Below, one piece after another: positions 28,815 through 36,424 of a stretch of DNA of 64,000 nt. This stretch comes from an uncultured Lachnospiraceae bacterium (lineage in GTDB: Bacteria; Bacillota; Clostridia; Lachnospirales; Lachnospiraceae). Under the pieces are notes generated by a model. It saw nothing but the letters and a program-made list of their open reading frames with translations. It made no database searches and was not told the origin of the DNA. The position numbers and the translations under genes are program-made. Each line of letters starts with the position of its first letter. The first letter of the stretch is position 1. Location of the stretch: positions 3,876 to 67,875 of the forward strand of contig CAJTRL010000014.1 in NCBI GenBank assembly GCA_910578715.1, given 5' to 3'.

Positions 28815-29804
28815 TTATTCAAAAGGAATATCCGGGTAATCTTCCGGAGAATGGAACCCGTAGAAAAAATCATGTACCGATTCATACCGGAGAAGACCAT
28901 TTTCTCCGAAGGTCTTGACAACCCTGATGCGTCTTAAAAACGCATTCCATGTTTCCTCATATTCACGCTGGATGCTGACATACTGGTCTTTTAAGGACAT
29001 ATTGCTTGTAATATATACTTTTGTGTAACAAGCAACTTTATTGTTGTAACGGCATGGGAGGTCAAGCGGGTAGCCGTCAAGAAAATTCAGCATGTCCTGT
29101 ATTTTAATGTTTGAATGAAATTCCTCAAAAATCAGCACATCCTGTCCTTTATAATTATCAAAGGGGTGTTTGTAGTCCGTAACACGGTATACGTTTTCAT
29201 ATCCGTAGTGTTCCATGATGGTCCTTGTCTTTCCGGTGGCGGTTTTCCCGAACCAGTATTCGACTTCCAGCTCCCGGAACCTGTTTTTAAACTCTTCCCC
29301 CCGGACAACCTGGCGGCAGTTTTCTATCTTTTCAAGCTGCAGCATATAGGCCGGGTTACTTTCGAGAATCTCGTAATTGCTAAGTCCGTCCTTAATCATG
29401 GTGTAGAGCGCATTCAGGTCGTTGCGCTTTCCCTGTTGTTCCACAGGGCATTCGCCAAACTCTTCAAAGGTGTTGTAAAGGTTCGTTTCTTCCTTGTCGG
29501 TGTCTTTGTATTTTCCCTCTTTGCGTATGTAATCGCGGTTTTCCTGTGTGGTACCCCGGCAGTAGTCAATGTGGGCAGTCGGAAACTTCTTTTTTATCTG
29601 CTGGAAAGTAAACGGAGATTTACGGAAAAGAAAAAGATGCGTGTGGTATGTACCTTCTTTTCCGACTTCATCGCACATACACCAGTAATCAATCCCCTTT
29701 ATCGTGGAGAGGGCGGCTTTTATGTTATCATGAGAAAACCCGAATTTCTCCGGATTGTTGAAAGTAAGAAGCCACTTTCTGGACTGTACTTTGTCATTCA
29801 TCAT
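28815..29804 (-). CDS. Rolling-circle replication initiator, CRESS-type (HUH endonuclease + SF3 helicase)
   Basis: Motif I WLLTFNNP, motif II YHTHLFLF, motif III DYIRKEGK (YxxK), Walker A GKTATGKT, Walker B VLIFEEF, motif C YITSN. 329 aa. Confidence 0.85.
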   Translation of the reverse strand: MMNDKVQSRKWLLTFNNPEKFGFSHDNIKAALSTIKGIDYWCMCDEVGKEGTYHTHLFLFRKSPFTFQQIKKKFPTAHIDYCRGTTQENRDYIRKEGKYKDTDKEETNLYNTFEEFGECPVEQQGKRNDLNALYTMIKDGLSNYEILESNPAYMLQLEKIENCRQVVRGEEFKNRFRELEVEYWFGKTATGKTRTIMEHYGYENVYRVTDYKHPFDNYKGQDVLIFEEFHSNIKIQDMLNFLDGYPLDLPCRYNNKVACYTKVYITSNMSLKDQYVSIQREYEETWNAFLRRIRVVKTFGENGLLRYESVHDFFYGFHSPEDYPDIPFE

Positions 29805-29813
29805 TTATCCCCC

Positions 29814-29919
29814 AAAAAATACAGAAGTTGTAAAAATACAGAAGTAAATACAAAAAAAATACAAATGAAAATGCCGTATTTTCAACAAAAACTGCAAAAA
29901 AATACAAAATACAGAAGTT
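29814..29919 (-). repeat. Iteron cluster between ori stem-loop and rep
   Basis: AAAATACAGAAGT x3 (29814-29829, 29832-29845, 29907-29919). The shorter AATACARAW occurs 6 times. The last copy abuts or overlaps the stem. Confidence 0.65.
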
Positions 29920-29950
29920 CACAGGGGTAATACTGGACCCTGTGAACTTC
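29914..29950 (-). other. Putative rolling-circle origin stem-loop with nonanucleotide
   Basis: GAAGTTCACAGGG / CCCTGTGAACTTC is a perfect 13-bp stem. The 11-nt loop reads TCCAGTATTAC on the rep strand (compare circovirus NAGTATTAC). It lies about 110 nt upstream of rep. Confidence 0.65.
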
Positions 29951-30081
29951 CGCGCCCTTGACAGCAGGGACCCGCGCACTGACCCTGAAAACCTGACGGC
30001 GGTGTACCACCGCCGCCAGTCAAGGTTAAACCGTGCGCCCCTACTGTAAAGGGTACGCTTGCGCCGCTTCACGCCGTCCGT

Positions 30082-30132
30082 CTGACACAGCCCGGCGGGG
30101 CGGCAAGAGCCTTACCCGCCGCACTGTGTCAG
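30082..30132 (-). other. GC-rich long hairpin directly after the Zot-like gene (terminator / packaging signal / complementary-strand origin candidate)
   Basis: CTGACACAG 30082-30090 pairs with CTGTGTCAG 30124-30132. Inner pair GGCGGG/CCCGCC. A further hairpin GGCGGTG..CACCGCC lies near 30000. Confidence 0.45.
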
Positions 30133-30818
30133 CCGAACAGCTTATAGCTGTCGTAAAAGGCATAATACTTTTTACCACGGAAGAACTGCGTGCCTTCCTT
30201 TGCGTCCTTTTTCCGTCTGCTCCCTTTTAACGTGTAATCCCGGAATATCCGTATAAAAAGTTTGCCGCCGCAGAAAAAGCCCATGAGACGGCCGATAAAC
30301 TTCATGGACGAGATACAGCGGCATTCAATTTCTTTCTGTAACAGTTCCCGTATCTGCTTGTCAATGTCGCTGTCATCCTGTGCAATCAGATAAACCGTAT
30401 ACCCCAGCTTCCGGTGCTGGCGGAAAAAAGTGCACCAGGAAAGACGGTCACGCACGTTATAGGTGCGGGAATTGAAGAGGTCGGCGCATTCATCCAGCAC
30501 CAGAAGGGTCCGGCCCTTGCTAAGACGCTTTTTATCTGCCATGTCATGAAAGTTAAAGGCAAACCCGTAAAGACCGTCGATATAGGAAAATTCCCTTTTT
30601 TTCGGGTCGATGCCCTTATAGGCATTGGACAGCCATTCGGAATTGGGAACGTAAAGAAATTTTCCCAGTTTTTCCGGGTGGCGGCACCTGGAAAAATAGT
30701 CCGTGTTTATTTCAAAGTTTGCAATGACATTTTTTCCGCGTTTCAACGCTTTGTAGACATATTCGGCAGTCGTAAGGGATTTCCCGCTTCCGGGTCTTCC
30801 GTTAATGAAATATATCAT
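30129..30818 (-). CDS. Zot/pI-like inovirus assembly ATPase
   Basis: MIYFINGRPGSGKS (Walker A at the extreme N-terminus), LLVLDE Walker B, and a C-terminal hydrophobic segment. 229 aa. Confidence 0.85.
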   Translation of the reverse strand: MIYFINGRPGSGKSLTTAEYVYKALKRGKNVIANFEINTDYFSRCRHPEKLGKFLYVPNSEWLSNAYKGIDPKKREFSYIDGLYGFAFNFHDMADKKRLSKGRTLLVLDECADLFNSRTYNVRDRLSWCTFFRQHRKLGYTVYLIAQDDSDIDKQIRELLQKEIECRCISSMKFIGRLMGFFCGGKLFIRIFRDYTLKGSRRKKDAKEGTQFFRGKKYYAFYDSYKLFG

Positions 30819-30836
30819 AACAATACCCCCATTCTG

Positions 30837-31130
30837 TCAGCCGCCAAGAGCCCCGGCTCCGGCGGCGATGGTAAGTCCGGCAGATACGACTTTCTGGAGG
30901 ACAAAATCAACGACAATCTTTTTCGTGAGAACAAAGGCATAATAAACAAGCACACAGTCAAGCCATGCGAGCATCATGACGGAACAGGTGTCAAAAGGAA
31001 GAAACCAGTTAAGATATGGAAGAAAATCAAAGTCTGTCATGAGCTGGTCAAACATGACCTGAAAAGGACTCGTGGGAAGCAGTTCAAAAATGGCAATAAA
31101 AATGATTTTAAGGATATTAATCATAATCAT
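30837..31130 (-). CDS. Small polytopic membrane protein (pVI-position minor coat candidate)
   Basis: 97 aa with 3 hydrophobic segments. Sits between the pIII-position gene and the Zot gene. ATGA overlap with the upstream stop. Call is by position only. Confidence 0.45.
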   Translation of the reverse strand: MIMINILKIIFIAIFELLPTSPFQVMFDQLMTDFDFLPYLNWFLPFDTCSVMMLAWLDCVLVYYAFVLTKKIVVDFVLQKVVSAGLTIAAGAGALGG

Positions 31131-32842
31131 TCCTCCTTTCTCATGGCGACAACCTTAAAAGTCAGGTTCATCAGATACATGCCGAAGAGCATGGAAAAAA
31201 GGGCGCGGGAGAGATTGCTCAGCACCTGGAACATGGCCATGTCAACGATGATGCGCTCGTCGATGCCGAAACGTTTTATGACTAACGGGAGTTCAAAGCG
31301 GGGAGCCTTCGGGGTGTCGGCCAGCACCTGGAAAACATGGCGGACATCCCAGGGGATGGAAAAGGGGAACTTATATTTCAGTGACCCGGCGACGTCTCCG
31401 AGGGAATCGTCTATGGTGGGGACAAGGTCGTTGGCCGGGAGCTCAAGTTCCCATGTTTTATCCTTATCGCTTGCTATTGGGTCATCTTTATCACCAGTAG
31501 TTGGCCTGTCTATTGCCGGGTCATTTAACGGATTGTCAATTACATCATCCCAAGTCCTGTCAACGGCATCTATCCACGCATCACCATAAGTATAATCAGG
31601 AATATCCAGCGGCAAATCAAAGGTGCCATCCAAAATACCCGCAATCGTTTTGTCATAAACATCCTGAACACTGTCTATAAGGTCCTGTAAATCACCAAGC
31701 CCGACCCACGGAATATCATCGGCCCAGTCATTAACGCCAGCACTGACACCGGAACCATATGCACCAATACCGTGGTCAGAAGCATTCGCTATCCGCTCCC
31801 ATAATTCACCGGAAAAGTTCCCGATAGTGGGCAAATCATTATTGTCTATAATCGTATCTGTAATATCGGTAGAATAATTCAGGGCTCCGGTTACGGCACC
31901 AGTGCCTTTTAAATAGGCTTCAGCATCAATTTGACTGGAAAATACCGGACAGTTTACAGAATAAGAATGTGATATATTACCAAATACACTAGAACCAGTA
32001 ATTCCAAAGGTGTCACCGGAAAATATCCGGTTTTCATGTATTTCATGCTGGACTAATTTACCATTATCATAAACAGACAGCTCGAAAGTACCTTGTACAG
32101 CTGATAATTCTCCATTATATAATTTATACAATGTTAAACCCCAGTAATTATTTAACTCATTATAGCTATATATACCGCAGACAGGCACAGACAAATCAGC
32201 CGTAAAATGTCTATCCATGTTTGTAACATGTCCTTCATTATAACCAGAAAGTTTTTTATAAGAAACATTAAAATCAAATTCATACGGAAACGGCTCCCCC
32301 GACCACTGCTGTGCAACTGCTTCCGCAGTCATCGGGGTCGCAAAGGAGTCAGTAACACCCGCAATCGTAATATTTTTTGCCACAACTTCCGAAACAAAGT
32401 CTTTTGTAATTCCTATCAGTTCCGGACAATACCGGGCATAGATTCCGGTAAGAGAGTCAACCGCCGAATCATGATAATTCTTTAAAGAATCCATAAATTC
32501 ATCCAGAGGAATGGACTGTACAGCTTCCGCCGCAGAATCATAAAGATAAATTGCCTTATCAATTATGTATTCTTTCGTTTCAATCTTTGCATCCAGATAA
32601 TGCATATAACTGTCTATTACGGCATCTTTATTAGCAACAGCTGCTCCGCCAAGTCCGGTTGCCGCCAGAAGTGCGGCTACCAGTTCCCAGGCTGCATCCG
32701 CTGCAGCAGCTCCGGCAATGACTTCCGCTCCGGTAGCATAAACACGGCTGATATCATTTGCTGAAATAAAAGCATCACCAACAGTCAGTGAAAGAAGAAG
32801 AACAGATAAAAATATTGCAAATATTCGCTTAAACCTGTACAT
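31127..32842 (-). CDS. Secreted, C-terminally anchored large protein (pIII-position adsorption protein candidate)
   Basis: ATG 32842 lies 9 nt after AAGGTGG (the ORF track starts at TTG 32851). Signal peptide MYRFKRIFAIFLSVLLLSL and a C-terminal TM. Call is by position only. Confidence 0.5.
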   Translation of the reverse strand: MYRFKRIFAIFLSVLLLSLTVGDAFISANDISRVYATGAEVIAGAAAADAAWELVAALLAATGLGGAAVANKDAVIDSYMHYLDAKIETKEYIIDKAIYLYDSAAEAVQSIPLDEFMDSLKNYHDSAVDSLTGIYARYCPELIGITKDFVSEVVAKNITIAGVTDSFATPMTAEAVAQQWSGEPFPYEFDFNVSYKKLSGYNEGHVTNMDRHFTADLSVPVCGIYSYNELNNYWGLTLYKLYNGELSAVQGTFELSVYDNGKLVQHEIHENRIFSGDTFGITGSSVFGNISHSYSVNCPVFSSQIDAEAYLKGTGAVTGALNYSTDITDTIIDNNDLPTIGNFSGELWERIANASDHGIGAYGSGVSAGVNDWADDIPWVGLGDLQDLIDSVQDVYDKTIAGILDGTFDLPLDIPDYTYGDAWIDAVDRTWDDVIDNPLNDPAIDRPTTGDKDDPIASDKDKTWELELPANDLVPTIDDSLGDVAGSLKYKFPFSIPWDVRHVFQVLADTPKAPRFELPLVIKRFGIDERIIVDMAMFQVLSNLSRALFSMLFGMYLMNLTFKVVAMRKEE

Positions 32843-32909
32843 TTTTGCCAACCACCTTGTAAATTTCAGCAGATAACTTATTATGACTATAAGGAAGGAG
32901 TGTGTACTT

Positions 32910-33080
32910 ATGGAAAATATTATAAGTTATCTCACGGTTTATTTTTCAGATATCTATCATGTGATTTTCTGGCTGCTGGTTCTGATAGTAGTCCTATTTG
33001 AGTATGTAGGGAAAAAAATCAGAAACAGCAGTAGGTTAAAAATATGGATGAAAAAACATAATATCGGTAAAAAATACTGA
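32910..33080 (+). CDS. 56-aa membrane protein on the opposite strand inside the structural module
   Basis: Strong SD AAGGAAGGAG 8 nt before ATG 32910. One TM helix and a basic tail (KKIRNSSRLKIWMKKHNIGKKY). Confidence 0.4.
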   Translation: MENIISYLTVYFSDIYHVIFWLLVLIVVLFEYVGKKIRNSSRLKIWMKKHNIGKKY

Positions 33081-33081
33081 T

Positions 33082-33213
33082 TCACATCCCATTCTCATCC
33101 TCTTCCTGTTGTTCCCGCACAATCTCCGTTACGATGCAGAGCACCGTCAGAAAGCCGAATAACGGGATTGCAAGAAGTGCCGCTATAAAGATGACTGCTT
33201 TCAGGACTGCCAT
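33082..33213 (-). CDS. 43-aa single-TM protein (minor coat candidate)
   Basis: MAVLKAVIFIAALLAIPLFGFLTVLCIVTEIVREQQEEDENGM. GGGGGA upstream. Not in the ORF track. Confidence 0.4.
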   Translation of the reverse strand: MAVLKAVIFIAALLAIPLFGFLTVLCIVTEIVREQQEEDENGM

Positions 33214-33470
33214 GTTTTATCCCCCTATTCTTTATCTATCAAACCTCTGTGGATGAAGGCAAACATTTTGTATGGAACTGCTTCATCCAGTTTGCGTCAG
33301 AACATCCTTTGTCAGGCATATTTTTTTCTTATCTTTTTATCCGGCAGATATGGAAAAAAATAAAAAGAGTACGCCGATTGTTCTGATATTGATATGTTAT
33401 AAAAAATAGATTTTCGATTTTCCCCGAATGACCGGAAACGCTGTGACACGTCCCCGGCCTGTTCCGTTTC

Positions 33471-33632
33471 CTAGTTTGCGATGGAACGGAAGAAATTGAT
33501 TCCCAGACGGATTGCGAGGAATAATCCCATAATCGCAAGACCAATCGGGAGCGCAGTCGTTACCATTGAAACAACGTCTGTCTTGACTGCCGTTAAGGCA
33601 GTCTCAAATGCAGTAGTCATGGCTTCACTCAT
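33471..33632 (-). CDS. Major coat protein candidate (pVIII-like)
   Basis: 53 aa, not in the ORF track: MSEAMTTAFETALTAVKTDVVSMVTTALPIGLAIMGLFLAIRLGINFFRSIAN. Acidic amphipathic N-terminus, hydrophobic core, basic/aromatic C-terminus. GGAAAGG upstream. Confidence 0.6.
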   Translation of the reverse strand: MSEAMTTAFETALTAVKTDVVSMVTTALPIGLAIMGLFLAIRLGINFFRSIAN

Positions 33633-33671
33633 GATAATGTACCTTTCCTTTCCGCATTCCCGGAAGGAATG

Positions 33672-33839
33672 CTATTTTATATTTAAAAGGCTGGCCGCCT
33701 TAAAAATACCGTAGCCTAACAGTTCCAGAATTGCGCCAAGGATAAGGCCCGCCGAAAAGCCGGACCTTGCAAATGCCGTGACATATTCCCCCGCCCGCTG
33801 TAAGATTTCCTGTATATCCAGTAATTCCACTGTACCCAT
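33672..33839 (-). CDS. 55-aa single-TM protein (minor coat candidate)
   Basis: MGTVELLDIQEILQRAGEYVTAFARSGFSAGLILGAILELLGYGIFKAASLLNIK. Starts 4 nt after the upstream stop. Not in the ORF track. Confidence 0.45.
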   Translation of the reverse strand: MGTVELLDIQEILQRAGEYVTAFARSGFSAGLILGAILELLGYGIFKAASLLNIK

Positions 33840-33843
33840 TTCA

Positions 33844-35055
33844 TCAACCCACTTTCATACGCTGGAAGAAACCGTGCGCCACCGTGTAGCCGAGCGTCAG
33901 GATGAGCACGAATCCGACTGCAACATCCGATGCCAGCATCTCTTTCTGCAGAGTCTCATTCTGCTGCTGTATGGCGACGGTTTCCTGTAAGAGTTCCGCG
34001 TTCTGTTCCTGTAAGAGCATCATTTCCGCACGGTATGCCGCATCCGCTCCGGAAATATCCTGTATTCCGGCGTCGATGCTTCCGAGCAGTTCCAGTATTT
34101 CTTCCATTGTTTCATCCGGTATTTCCGGCTCTTCCTGTCCGGTATCAGAATCATAAACCAGAACACCTTCCACGTCCGTCACCGTTGCGATAAAGCAGTA
34201 GTCCAGATTTCCCGCACTGACGGCGCGCTGCATCTCTTTGTAGTCAATGCTGAACATCTCCGGGCCGGAAAAGGTCTTTGTAACAAAGGTCTCTTTTCCC
34301 AAATCCGGGGGAAAGATGCGGTATTTTACAGTGACTGGGTAGCTGTATGTTTCGTAACCGTTAAGGGAAAGGCCGGGAAGGCTGTATTCCTCCGAATCAT
34401 AAACACATTCCCCTTCCGCATCATAAACGTAGCGCACATAACAGTAGCTTAAACTCCCGGCCTGTACATCAGCCTGTAAGTCCCGGTAGGCCCCGTTAAA
34501 TTCTTCCGGGTCCGTATAAGTGCCGGAAAGACCCGTTTCACTTCCGAGTGCCGGGGGAAAAATACGGTAAACAACACTTACGGGATAGTCATAGTCTTCA
34601 TAACCGCTTATGGGAAGGCCGGAAGGTTCCGGGACGTAAGACTGTGCGGCCACACTCTCCGAAAGTTCCCGGACTGCGGCAAGCAGTTCATCAAAATTCT
34701 GTGTATTTTCCAGGAGTTCCGCTATGGGCGGCCGGATATCCGCCGGAAGTTCCCCGGCACTGTCTGTTTCCGGCGGTGTTACCGGAACAGGAGGCTGTAC
34801 AGAAGGTATATCATTCGCACTGACGGTGGGAAGCACTGCATTATCCGGTAAAGGCTCCGGCACAGGTTCCATACTTTCCGTACCGCTTTCTTCCAGTCCT
34901 GTATTATCTGTTTCAGGTGTTCCGGTATCCGTTTCAGTTTCCGGAAATTCCCCGGTACCTGTTTCAGGTCCGGCAGATTCTTCCATATCCGTTTCAGGAA
35001 GCTCTTCCACGGAAGTGCCGGCAGATTCCTGTTCATTCTCAAGTTCTTCACTCAT
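33844..35055 (-). CDS. Acidic 403-aa protein with an internal tandem domain duplication and a C-terminal TM anchor
   Basis: E/T/P-rich N-terminus, two copies of about 76 aa (aa 146-222 and 228-303), a coiled-coil-like Q/E stretch, then VAVGFVLILTLGYTVAHGFF. Confidence 0.6.
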   Translation of the reverse strand: MSEELENEQESAGTSVEELPETDMEESAGPETGTGEFPETETDTGTPETDNTGLEESGTESMEPVPEPLPDNAVLPTVSANDIPSVQPPVPVTPPETDSAGELPADIRPPIAELLENTQNFDELLAAVRELSESVAAQSYVPEPSGLPISGYEDYDYPVSVVYRIFPPALGSETGLSGTYTDPEEFNGAYRDLQADVQAGSLSYCYVRYVYDAEGECVYDSEEYSLPGLSLNGYETYSYPVTVKYRIFPPDLGKETFVTKTFSGPEMFSIDYKEMQRAVSAGNLDYCFIATVTDVEGVLVYDSDTGQEEPEIPDETMEEILELLGSIDAGIQDISGADAAYRAEMMLLQEQNAELLQETVAIQQQNETLQKEMLASDVAVGFVLILTLGYTVAHGFFQRMKVG

Positions 35056-35088
35056 TCCCAGACCTCTTTTCCTTTTCCGTACAGTCCC

Positions 35089-35499
35089 TTACAGGATGTA
35101 CGTTGTATAGACCATGATATGTTCATCCGTGATGCGAAGTACCGAAAGTTCCGCCGGAAGAATACTGCGTCTGCGTAAGCCCGACAGCATTTCGCTGATT
35201 TCCGTGCTGACCGTTTCTGCCACGGAAGCAGAATCTTCCGGTATGTCCGTGTGCATGGCGGCGGGGATGATACGGTAGTCAAAATACATTTCCCGGCGTT
35301 CCGGTGCGGGTATATTCCCCGGCGGAGCCGTTATGACAGCCGGGAAAGGGTACGGATATGCTGCGGCCGGTGTAAGGGCCTTTTCATCCGTCTGTTCTTT
35401 TTTCATTCTGCGTGATGCAAGCACCGGCATAAATCTGTGACGGAATATCAGAAAAATAAAAACCATTACAACAGCCATATAGAGTATGGTACGGTCCAT
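35089..35499 (-). CDS. N-terminally anchored hypothetical protein
   Basis: 136 aa with TM ILYMAVVMVFIFLIF. No family recognised. Confidence 0.5.
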   Translation of the reverse strand: MDRTILYMAVVMVFIFLIFRHRFMPVLASRRMKKEQTDEKALTPAAAYPYPFPAVITAPPGNIPAPERREMYFDYRIIPAAMHTDIPEDSASVAETVSTEISEMLSGLRRRSILPAELSVLRITDEHIMVYTTYIL

Positions 35500-35595
35500 C
35501 TGTATACCTTCTTTCCGTGGGAGAACCCACTGTATGATAATAAAAGATATGTCCCGTCAGAATCCATATCCTTCGGAAACACATCTCTTACGGGA

Positions 35596-35883
35596 TTACT
35601 TGCCGTTTTCCTTTGCATCTTTTCCGGCGCCGTCATTCGGTTTCAGTACAACGACGTCCGAAAGCGTCGCTTTTCCCTCGAATCCCGGCTCGTACATGAA
35701 ATCGCACACATCTCCCGGTTTCAGGTTATAATCCTTATATGAAAACTCGCTTCCGACCGTCATTCCCAGACAGTCGCTGTTTTCCCTCTCGTAATCCGTA
35801 AAGGCTTTCTCATAGTAGTACTGGCTGAACTCACGCCCGTTTTTTGTCTTTGCTTTCTTGATTCCGGTAATCGTTACTTTCAT
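35596..35883 (-). CDS. 95-aa protein, ssDNA-binding (pV-position) candidate
   Basis: Size, beta-rich composition and position upstream of the coat genes resemble inovirus gene V. There is no sequence-level recognition. Confidence 0.4.
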   Translation of the reverse strand: MKVTITGIKKAKTKNGREFSQYYYEKAFTDYERENSDCLGMTVGSEFSYKDYNLKPGDVCDFMYEPGFEGKATLSDVVVLKPNDGAGKDAKENGK

Positions 35884-35949
35884 CTCTTTTTCCTCTTTTC
35901 TTTCTTCTCTGCTTTTTTTCTGTTCTTTTTATAATAAATGTGCACTTTA

Positions 35950-36189
35950 TTATCCCTTTTCAAGTTCTTCCTTCGCTATGGCAATAAAATTTTCCAAATC
36001 ATAAATTCTCCGGTTATAATTATCCAGTATTTTTTTAGCCCGTTCATACTGCCAGCTGAGAAATACTCCTTCCTGGCTTTCCTATTTTTTCTTGAGTTCC
36101 TTTTCTGCCCTGTCAATACACTCCCGCAAATCTCCACTATATGTAAAACTTACCTGTCCGTTTTTATGTTTCGCTCTGAATCCTGGCAT
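35950..36189 (-). pseudogene. 79-codon reading frame interrupted by one in-frame TAG (36082-36084)
   Basis: ATG 36189 lies 10 nt after AGAAAGGCGG and gives MPGFRAKHKNGQVSFTYSGDLRECIDRAEKELKKK, then TAG. The frame stays open for 43 more codons with no internal start. Confidence 0.3.
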
Positions 36190-36235
36190 ATTTCAAATTC
36201 CGCCTTTCTGCATGTTTCAGTGACAATGCAAAATT

Positions 36236-36424
36236 TTACCATGCGTCTGCCGCATACAGTTTCCCGGTATTCATATCCGCATACAATTCATATCCGGAAT
36301 AGTTTATGTCGGTCCCTATGTAGGCCAGTTCCGTCCGGAACAGGTCATCCTTCTCTATGTGCTGTATGCACCGTATTTCTCCGTTTACCAGTACCGCTAC
36401 CGGGTAGGTCATTATCCTAATCAT
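36236..36424 (-). CDS. Hypothetical small phage protein
   Basis: 62 aa from MIRIMTYPVAV. ATGA overlap with the upstream stop. Confidence 0.45.
   Translation of the reverse strand: MIRIMTYPVAVLVNGEIRCIQHIEKDDLFRTELAYIGTDINYSGYELYADMNTGKLYAADAW

Noticed and set aside
30414-31589. 391-aa plus-strand ORF across the Zot-like, pVI-position and pIII-position genes
   Set aside because: It is antisense to three well-supported minus-strand genes and has low-complexity composition. The same reasoning applies to 29115-29930 (antisense to rep), 977-1747, 5522-6277, 10630-11175, 11377-12162, 12736-13563, 20648-21346, 21508-22134, 44269-44925, 53501-54112, 56136-56717 and 25518-26183.
33329-33714. 71-aa (minus) and 77-aa (plus) ORF-track entries around the coat-gene region
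   Set aside because: They overlap the better-supported 53-aa and 55-aa small genes (SD present, coat-like TM design) in other frames or strands.
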